Of a DNA stretch of 12,670 nt, positions 1 through 6,567 are shown in pieces (position 1 is the stretch's first letter; the number at the start of each line of letters is the position of its first letter). The stretch is from positions 1 through 12,670 of the forward strand of contig JABXKD010000092.1 of assembly GCA_013375475.1 (NCBI GenBank), written 5' to 3'. The notes beneath the pieces were generated by a model that did no database searches, was not told where the DNA came from, and saw only the letters and a program-made list of their open reading frames with translations. The position numbers were made by a program, and so were the translations under genes. Source of the DNA: Promethearchaeota archaeon (lineage in GTDB: Archaea > Asgardarchaeota > Lokiarchaeia > Sigyniarchaeales > SOKP01).

Positions 1-2
1 GA

Positions 3-650
3 TTTGGAAAAGATGTTGATATTCTAATAGGAAATAATAAAGACGAAGTTAAGTTGTGGACCGGACCTAATCCTCTATTTCAAAACATGAAAATGAACGA
101 TATATCTGATTTCTTACTACAGCGAGTTGGAAAATTCGGAGATGGTAAACTGATATCAGATAAAAACTTATGTAAAAAGTTTATATCAATATATAGTCAA
201 GAGCCAATAATTAAACCGGTTGATATTTACGATAAGATTGATACGGACTTTACCTTTAGAATCCCGGCCATCCATGTATGTGAAGGAAATTCTCAATACA
301 ACCCAAATATTTATAATTACATTTTTACTTGGCCTTCACCCGCTTTAGAGGGGAAATACGGTTCTTGTCATATAATGGAGATACCTTTTGCTTTTGGAAC
401 TTTCGGAAAAACTGGCGTGGAATGGTTTTATGGTGCTGGAAAAGAAGCTGAATTACTTAACGAAAAAATGATGAGAACTTGGGTATCTTTCGCAAGTAAT
501 GGAAATCCAAACAGTGACCTTATTCCCGAATGGAAGAGTTATAATGTTGAAGATAGAACATCAATGTTTATTGGAAAAGAATTCGAAAGCGTTAGTGCTC
601 CAAATGATGATGAACGAATTCTTTGGGATAGCGTTATATTTAATTATTAG
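3..650 (+). CDS. Type-B carboxylesterase (pNB-esterase/COesterase family), C-terminal part; 5'-truncated by the window edge
   Basis: The frame is open from base 3 (FGKDVDILIGNNKDEVKLW...), so the TTG at 54 is not the start. 'DILIGNNKDE' matches the catalytic-Glu motif (GAA at 45-47) and 'GSCHIMEIPFAFG' the catalytic-His motif. The C-terminus 'MMRTWVSFASNGNPN...EW..Y' is typical and aligns with the neighbouring esterase. Confidence 0.9.
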   Translation, partial: FGKDVDILIGNNKDEVKLWTGPNPLFQNMKMNDISDFLLQRVGKFGDGKLISDKNLCKKFISIYSQEPIIKPVDIYDKIDTDFTFRIPAIHVCEGNSQYNPNIYNYIFTWPSPALEGKYGSCHIMEIPFAFGTFGKTGVEWFYGAGKEAELLNEKMMRTWVSFASNGNPNSDLIPEWKSYNVEDRTSMFIGKEFESVSAPNDDERILWDSVIFNY

Positions 651-678
651 AATTTCATTCACCATTTACATATATTAA

Positions 679-2199
679 ATGACTGAAATTATGAAAAAAA
701 CTCAAAAAATTGAAACTGAAAGCGGAAGAATTCAAGGGTATATAGACAAAGATATTAAAGTTTTTAAAGGTATTCCATATGCAGAACCTCCTATAAACCA
801 ACTTCGGTTTGATCCTCCGCGTGAGAAAGAGCCTTGGAATAATGTGTTTGTAGCAAAAAAGTTTGGAGTCTCTTCATTTCAAGGGCCTGATGTTAGTGAA
901 GGAATATTTGGGCAATTAACGGAACAACAAGAAGATAATTGTCTAACTCTTAATATATGGACTCCCGAAACTGATGATAAAAAACGACCTGTTATGCTCT
1001 GGATTCACGGTGGGGGTTTTATCTATTCGGGATCCTCGAAAGCTATATACGATGGGGCTCTTCTAGCGAGTAGAGGGGATATTGTCGTTGTAACCATCAA
1101 TTATAGATTAGGTATTTTCGGGTTTTTATACATTCCTGATATCACTTCTAATGTAGGAATGTTAGATCAAGTTACTGCTATAAAATGGGTTAAGAAAAAT
1201 ATAGAGAATTTCGGTGGTGATCCAGACAATATCGCTATTTTTGGAGAATCTGCTGGAGCATATTCAGTAATCACTTTGATGACAATGCCAAGTGCTAAAG
1301 GGTTATTTCATCGTGCGATCGCTCAAAGTCCGTACATATTCGAACCTGAACCAACTCTAAAAACAACTAAATGTGTAATGAAGCGATTAAACTTAGAATT
1401 CGACGATATTGATGCTCTAAAGAAATTACCCGCTCAAAAACTTAATAAGGTCCAAAATGAATATATAAATGATATGAGCGGGACACCTGAAAGCTTTTAT
1501 TCAAACTTTCGACCTTCTATTGATAATGATTATATCCCTCTCCATCCTTTTAAGGCTTTAAAGGAAGGAAAAGCAAAAGATATCGACCTGCTAATAGGAA
1601 CTAATCAAGATGAAGCGACTTTTTTCACAAGCTTCAACCCGGTCTATGAGAAATTGAATAAAGAAGGATTAAAAACACAGATTAGAATGGAATTAGATAG
1701 ATTATCATTTGGATCTAAAACCGACTTTTTTATAGAACAATATAAGATGATTAGAAAAGGTAAGATGCCAACCGATTCTATAGATCTTTATAACGCAATT
1801 TATACCGATTTATATTATAGAATCCCTGCTATAAAAACAGCGGAATCACATCTAATTCATAATTCCAATACTTCTTTTTATCTATTGAATTGGAATTCAC
1901 CAACTTTTAAATCCGCTTGTCATTCAATAGATTTACCACTTACTTTTGGATATATTAACCCCATTATCAAGGATTTCGTAGGAGATCTTCAAGCAGCTAA
2001 AATTGTTAGCAATAAAATGATGGATGCCTGGATTAATTTTGCAAACTTGGGAGATGTTAATAGTAATTCAATTCCAGAATGGCCAAGATATGAATTAAAA
2101 AATAGGTCAACAATGACGATCGGACCTGAGTTTAAAGTTGTAGAAGATCCTTTTAGAAAGGAGCGAGAATTATGGGAAAATCTTTATAACGATTTTTAA
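679..2199 (+). CDS. Type-B carboxylesterase/lipase (para-nitrobenzyl esterase-like, alpha/beta hydrolase)
   Basis: Motifs FKGIPYAEPP, EDNCLTLNIW, oxyanion hole WIHGGGF, NYRLG, FGGDPDN, nucleophile FGESAG, acid GTNQDE and His ACHSIDL are present, so the triad looks intact. No signal peptide is apparent. Alternative start ATG at 691. Confidence 0.95.
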   Translation: MTEIMKKTQKIETESGRIQGYIDKDIKVFKGIPYAEPPINQLRFDPPREKEPWNNVFVAKKFGVSSFQGPDVSEGIFGQLTEQQEDNCLTLNIWTPETDDKKRPVMLWIHGGGFIYSGSSKAIYDGALLASRGDIVVVTINYRLGIFGFLYIPDITSNVGMLDQVTAIKWVKKNIENFGGDPDNIAIFGESAGAYSVITLMTMPSAKGLFHRAIAQSPYIFEPEPTLKTTKCVMKRLNLEFDDIDALKKLPAQKLNKVQNEYINDMSGTPESFYSNFRPSIDNDYIPLHPFKALKEGKAKDIDLLIGTNQDEATFFTSFNPVYEKLNKEGLKTQIRMELDRLSFGSKTDFFIEQYKMIRKGKMPTDSIDLYNAIYTDLYYRIPAIKTAESHLIHNSNTSFYLLNWNSPTFKSACHSIDLPLTFGYINPIIKDFVGDLQAAKIVSNKMMDAWINFANLGDVNSNSIPEWPRYELKNRSTMTIGPEFKVVEDPFRKERELWENLYNDF

Positions 2200-2217
2200 G
2201 AAAGGTAAAATTAATAT

Positions 2218-3318
2218 TTAGAACCTGTACCTACATGCCTCATAGATTCGAGCCATTAACTCTTTTCTACGAGCAAAATGTTGTTCAGTTGGCAACATGG
2301 TATTGCTATTGAAATTTACAATTAAATCTAATTGAGGGTCACAGAAATTTGTGCATGAACTCCTTCCACCATGCCCATAAGTTTTATTTGAACTAAAAAG
2401 ACAATTATATTTTCCTAATCCAAACCCTAAACCCCAACTGCCAGAACTTAGAAGCGTTTTATCAAATACACCCTTACGATGAATTTCAGTTATGTAGTCT
2501 ACAGTACGCTTATTAATTATTCGGTTTCTCTCCCATTCTCCTCCATTCCAAAGTGCTCGATAAAATTTACCCATATCAAAGGCCGTACTAAAACCAGTTG
2601 AACCGGGGAAGATTCTGCCTTCAAAATCGTTTACCCAAAGATGAATTTGCTCAGATGGATAAGTACTATCTTTTAGTGCTAAGCGTTTCCCTAATGATGC
2701 CGCTCTCTTTGAAGTCATTCCAAGGTAAGTCGAATCCATTCCCAAGGGCATGAAAATTTCCTCGCGTAAATATTCTTCGATTTTACGACCGTCTATTCTT
2801 TGAATAATCTCTCCTAAGATCATCCAACTGATTCTTGGATGATAACCACATTGAGTCCCCGGTTGATATTCTGCTTTCATTTCACAAGCATCATGTATAA
2901 TTTCATTCCACGATGCAGTCAGCCATTTTGGGTAATCTAACATTGGGAAACCACTTGTGTGAGTCAATAAATGCCTAATTGAGCACGATTCTTTTCCATT
3001 CTTAAACTCAGGAATAAAGTCTCTAACCTTTTGGTTGAAATCTAGCTTATCTTTTTCCCAAAGTTGAGCTATTGCTACGGAAGTCCAAGGTTTACCACTA
3101 GACCACATTAATAAGATGGAATTTAGTTCCATGGGGATTCCGGGTCTCGTCTCACCAAGAGCAATGTTCATTACCGTCTTTCCTTTTCTTGATACATGAA
3201 GCTGAACACCAGTATGAAGTTTATTATGTACTTGTTTTTCTAAGAGTGTTTTTATATTTTTAAGCCCAGAAAAATTCATTCCAACCTTATTACAAGAATC
3301 CAATATTCCTTCAATCAT
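2218..3318 (-). CDS. Beta-lactamase-fold serine hydrolase (class C-like / family VIII esterase-like)
   Basis: SxxK motif 'WSSGKP' (3091-3102), 'RHLLTHTSG', Tyr motif 'GYHP' (Y-H variant of YxN), 'IFMPLGM' and C-terminal 'YGHGG'. No signal peptide, so a cytoplasmic esterase/amidase is more likely than a resistance enzyme. Confidence 0.88.
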   Translation of the reverse strand: MIEGILDSCNKVGMNFSGLKNIKTLLEKQVHNKLHTGVQLHVSRKGKTVMNIALGETRPGIPMELNSILLMWSSGKPWTSVAIAQLWEKDKLDFNQKVRDFIPEFKNGKESCSIRHLLTHTSGFPMLDYPKWLTASWNEIIHDACEMKAEYQPGTQCGYHPRISWMILGEIIQRIDGRKIEEYLREEIFMPLGMDSTYLGMTSKRAASLGKRLALKDSTYPSEQIHLWVNDFEGRIFPGSTGFSTAFDMGKFYRALWNGGEWERNRIINKRTVDYITEIHRKGVFDKTLLSSGSWGLGFGLGKYNCLFSSNKTYGHGGRSSCTNFCDPQLDLIVNFNSNTMLPTEQHFARRKELMARIYEACRYRF

Positions 3319-3342
3319 TAGAGTTTCTTCGCCATGGATTTG

Positions 3343-5163
3343 TTATTCAAGGTAATCTTGAATTTGATTATCCCACACATTAATTTTTTGTTTCTGTTGT
3401 TCCCATTCAATTCTCATTTGATTTTTTAGGTATTCAGTGCTTGGCCCAACTGGTAAATTATCTTTAAAGGCAATATATCTCGGTACGTGGTAAAACGCAA
3501 GGTTATGGTATAAAAATCTACTTAATTTTTCCGGAGTTAAAGAAGAATTTTCAACTTTAACTGCGTATAAGATTAATTCTCTTCTAGATTCACTATCATT
3601 TAAAATTGGAAAGCAAGTAGATAAAAAGACACTTGGATGTGAATTTGTCGTTCTCTCAATTTCTTTTAGATATATTTTTTCCCCCGCTTTAGTTATTATT
3701 TCATTTGCCTTTCCCATAAAATAAAGAAATCCATCTTCATCGAGGTATCCACAATCCCCCGTACAAACCCAACCATCATCAAGAATTCTCACATCCGTTG
3801 ATTCAGGCTGTTTATAATACTCAAGGGAGTAGTTTATATTAGACCTCACTATTATTTCTCCAGTACTGTTCAAGCCTGCTGGTGTCGGATTACCAAAAGT
3901 ATCTACGATTTTCAGGTCAACAAAATCTAGGGATTTTCCGACGGAACCAATTTTACCTCCTTTAGATCCTACAGTATTCATTGTTATTCCTACTCCTTCC
4001 ATGTGCGACCAAAACTCAAATAAGTTGATTCCGAATCGATTTTCAAAAGATCTCCATAATTCAACACCCGCACCAAATCCATATGCAAAATCAATTGAGT
4101 GATTACGATCGAGTTCATTTGGAGAATTATATATAAGTGCATGAAGATATCCTCCAAAATAAGCAAACGCTTCGGGTTTGTATGTTCTAATATCCTCCCA
4201 GAACCTCTGAACATTGAATTTTTCTATTATGATTACTGAAGCGTCGTAAAATAGAGAAGGAATTATTACGTAAAATTGCGTTGCTCCATGAAATAAAGGC
4301 ATTGGACAATAAATTCTGGTATCTTTCTTTATGCCAATTTTTTTTAGTTCTAACCCAATGTTTATTGCAGAGAGAGCTAAATTTCTGTATAACACTCCTT
4401 TAGGATCTCCCGTAATTCCTTCTGTATAATTAATCTGAATTGGATCATCATCATGAATGTTTACTTTTGGATTTTCTTCATTTGGATCAAGTAGAGATCG
4501 GAAATTGTAGAATATACCATGAAATCGAAAGTTTTTTGGAGCGTTATAAACATATATTCCTTTAATTTTTTTTAAATTACTTAAGAGCTTTTCAATAACT
4601 TTGAAGTATTCATAATCTGTAACAATTAATTCTGTGTCGGAATCATCTAAAATGTGATATAGTTGCTCCTCTCTCAAATTAGTATTAATGTTTACTGCAA
4701 TACATCCTGATTTTAATATCCCAAACCACAAAAAGAGATAAACCGGACTGTTATTCATCAATAATGAGATTTTAGGTTTTTTTAAATGCAATTCACCTGT
4801 TAGATTTATTATACCATTAGCAAACCGATTCGTTCTCGCATTAATTTCAAAAAAAGAATATTTTTCTTCGTTAAAGTATAAGAAAGTACGCTCTCCATTC
4901 TCCTCTGCTTTTTTTTCTAATAATTTAGGAAGAGTTATATTATTAATCCCAAACTCTCTAATTGTTCTTGAACGCTTGTTATTCTTGGTAATTACTATCG
5001 AATCATTTTGAACTTCGATTAACACTTCTTCATCACCTTTAAAGGGAAATGAAGTATCATTAGCCATTTTACTCGGGATGTAGATCCAAGTTGTTCTATA
5101 CTTTCCTTTTCCTGAGGGCTTAATTACAATTTTACTTTTTCTTAATTCCATAATTTTTCTCAA
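3343..5163 (-). CDS. AbrB/SpoVT-like N-terminal domain fused to a degenerate AMP-binding (CaiC-like acyl-CoA ligase) domain; probable pseudoenzyme regulator
   Basis: Residues 1-60 (KSKIVIKPSGKGKYRTTWIYIPSKMANDTSFPFKGDEEVLIEVQNDSIVITK) follow the swapped-hairpin pattern. The rest has ANL-superfamily landmarks: YTEGITGDPKG, PMPLFHG, GSVGK, TGDCGYLDEDGFLYF, HVPRYIAF. Start TTG 5163, alternative ATG 5151. The ANL call is firm and the AbrB call is by pattern recognition. Confidence 0.85.
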   Translation of the reverse strand: MRKIMELRKSKIVIKPSGKGKYRTTWIYIPSKMANDTSFPFKGDEEVLIEVQNDSIVITKNNKRSRTIREFGINNITLPKLLEKKAEENGERTFLYFNEEKYSFFEINARTNRFANGIINLTGELHLKKPKISLLMNNSPVYLFLWFGILKSGCIAVNINTNLREEQLYHILDDSDTELIVTDYEYFKVIEKLLSNLKKIKGIYVYNAPKNFRFHGIFYNFRSLLDPNEENPKVNIHDDDPIQINYTEGITGDPKGVLYRNLALSAINIGLELKKIGIKKDTRIYCPMPLFHGATQFYVIIPSLFYDASVIIIEKFNVQRFWEDIRTYKPEAFAYFGGYLHALIYNSPNELDRNHSIDFAYGFGAGVELWRSFENRFGINLFEFWSHMEGVGITMNTVGSKGGKIGSVGKSLDFVDLKIVDTFGNPTPAGLNSTGEIIVRSNINYSLEYYKQPESTDVRILDDGWVCTGDCGYLDEDGFLYFMGKANEIITKAGEKIYLKEIERTTNSHPSVFLSTCFPILNDSESRRELILYAVKVENSSLTPEKLSRFLYHNLAFYHVPRYIAFKDNLPVGPSTEYLKNQMRIEWEQQKQKINVWDNQIQDYLE

Positions 5164-5192
5164 TTAGAGTTCTTCTCGAATACTTAAATAAA

Positions 5193-5218
5193 TTACTTAA
5201 GTAAATAAAAAGGTTGCG
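5193..5218 (-). promoter_or_regulatory. Putative archaeal BRE/TATA promoter for the AbrB-ligase gene with an adjacent 12-bp perfect palindrome
   Basis: The minus strand reads cgcaacc-TTTTTATTTA (5218-5202). TTACTTAAGTAA at 5193-5204 is its own reverse complement and overlaps the downstream edge of the TATA-like element. Confidence 0.45.
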
Positions 5219-5423
5219 ATTGTAGTTGCTCTAAAAACTCTCTAAGCGATTGATTGAATTTACTAATTAAATATCCCCTATAAAGTGAAACTAAGAGGTT
5301 TACATCAAAATTTAACGGAAAATTAAGATTACGCGATGAATAATTTATCCAGTTAATAAATAAGCTTAAAAAAAGTTACTTGTTATCTATATGTTAAGAA
5401 TATAAACGAAGATAAATACATTT

Positions 5424-6563
5424 TTGTCGATGCTATACAAGAAGGAAAGACCTGCTATATTAATGTTCAAAGACGGGCGTTATTTCGAAGGGATTGGATT
5501 TGGAGCGACTAAAAAAGTATTTGGAGAAATTGTATTCACAACAATCACCGGTGCTGGATATAACGAAACTTTGACCGATCCTTCCTATAAAGGACAGATA
5601 GTAGTTATGACTCATCCTTTAGTTGGAAATTACGGAGTCCCTGCTTGGGAAAAAGATTCATACGGTATTCATAAGTACTTTGAATCTGATTCGATAAAAG
5701 TGAGCGGATTTGTTGTAAATGAATGTTGCAAGAATCCAAGCCACTATGAGAGCGTAAAAACCTTGAATGAATTCTTATTGGAAGAAAATATTCCCGGGAT
5801 CGAGTGGATAGACACAAGAGCTATTACAAAGGTTCTAAGAGAAGAAGGTGTTCAATTGGGGTTGCTTGCAGTTCTCAACCCAGAAGAATCTCCTAATATT
5901 GAAGAATTAAGAGCTGAAGTCAAGAATGTAGAGGATCCTAATCTTAGACATTTAGCAAGTGAGGTATCTACTAAAGAAGTGAAAATTTTTAGTCCTTCAA
6001 AACCACGAGGAAAAGTTGTTATTGTTGATTTAGGAGTAAAAAACAACATATTGCGAAATTTTGTAGAAAGAGATATAGAAGTGATATCTGTTCCTTATAA
6101 CTTTTCTTATGGAGATATTATGGCATATAAACCTGATGGCGTGTTTATTTCCAATGGTCCCGGAGATCCCGCTACATACAAAAGTGCAATTAGCGTAGCT
6201 CGTAAATTAATTAATAATAGCATACCTACTATGGGTATATGCTTAGGAAATCAAATAATTGCTTTAGGTGCGGGAGGTTCATCCTATAAATTGAAATACG
6301 GTCATAGAGGTGGAAATAAAACCGTAATAAATCCTAAAACTAAGCAATGCTATATCACATCTCAAAACCATGGGTTTTGCGTAAAAGATTTTGAACGAGG
6401 GGGATTTAAAGAATTTCTCACCAATATTGACGATAATTCTAACGAGGGATTAATTCATGATAGTAAGCCAATTTTTGCCGTTCAATTTCACCCTGAAGCT
6501 TCTCCAGGGCCTTTGGACTCTTTATATTTATTTGATAAATTCATCGAGTTTATGGAGCTATGA
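5424..6563 (+). CDS. carA: Carbamoyl-phosphate synthase small (glutamine amidotransferase) subunit
   Basis: GEIVFTT, GYNETLTDPSYKGQIVVMTHPLVGNYG, IDTRAIT, SNGPGDP, catalytic Cys in GICLGNQ, GHRGGN, TSQNHGF and catalytic His/Glu in QFHPEASPGP. Start is TTG 5424 or ATG 5430. Confidence 0.97.
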   Translation: MSMLYKKERPAILMFKDGRYFEGIGFGATKKVFGEIVFTTITGAGYNETLTDPSYKGQIVVMTHPLVGNYGVPAWEKDSYGIHKYFESDSIKVSGFVVNECCKNPSHYESVKTLNEFLLEENIPGIEWIDTRAITKVLREEGVQLGLLAVLNPEESPNIEELRAEVKNVEDPNLRHLASEVSTKEVKIFSPSKPRGKVVIVDLGVKNNILRNFVERDIEVISVPYNFSYGDIMAYKPDGVFISNGPGDPATYKSAISVARKLINNSIPTMGICLGNQIIALGAGGSSYKLKYGHRGGNKTVINPKTKQCYITSQNHGFCVKDFERGGFKEFLTNIDDNSNEGLIHDSKPIFAVQFHPEASPGPLDSLYLFDKFIEFMEL

Positions 6564-6567
6564 TATT

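Noticed and set aside
54-56. TTG start of the 198-aa ORF
   Set aside because: The frame is open to the window edge and the catalytic-Glu motif lies upstream of it, so the gene is 5'-truncated rather than short.
2218-3318. Antibiotic-resistance beta-lactamase
   Set aside because: There is no signal peptide, and it has YHP and GHGG rather than AmpC-type YxN and KTG, so it fits the broad esterase/serine-hydrolase group.
3990-4214. 74-aa alternative-frame ORF inside the ligase gene
   Set aside because: It is nested in a well-supported CDS and has no recognisable motif.
3343-5163. Ligase as a decaying pseudogene
   Set aside because: The ORF is full length with no stops or frameshifts, structural motifs are retained, and the changes concentrate at ATP-site residues.
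6232-6255. GICLGNQ instead of GICLGHQ in CarA as a sign of inactivation
   Set aside because: The catalytic Cys and the HPE motif are intact, and this position is not part of the catalytic triad.
6457-6567. 37-aa N-terminal extension of CarB, or a programmed carA-carB frameshift fusion
   Set aside because: It overlaps the conserved carA QFHPEA region. CarB homology begins at MPLDPTIKK (6568), which has an SD-like GGAG, and I saw no convincing slippery site or stimulatory structure.
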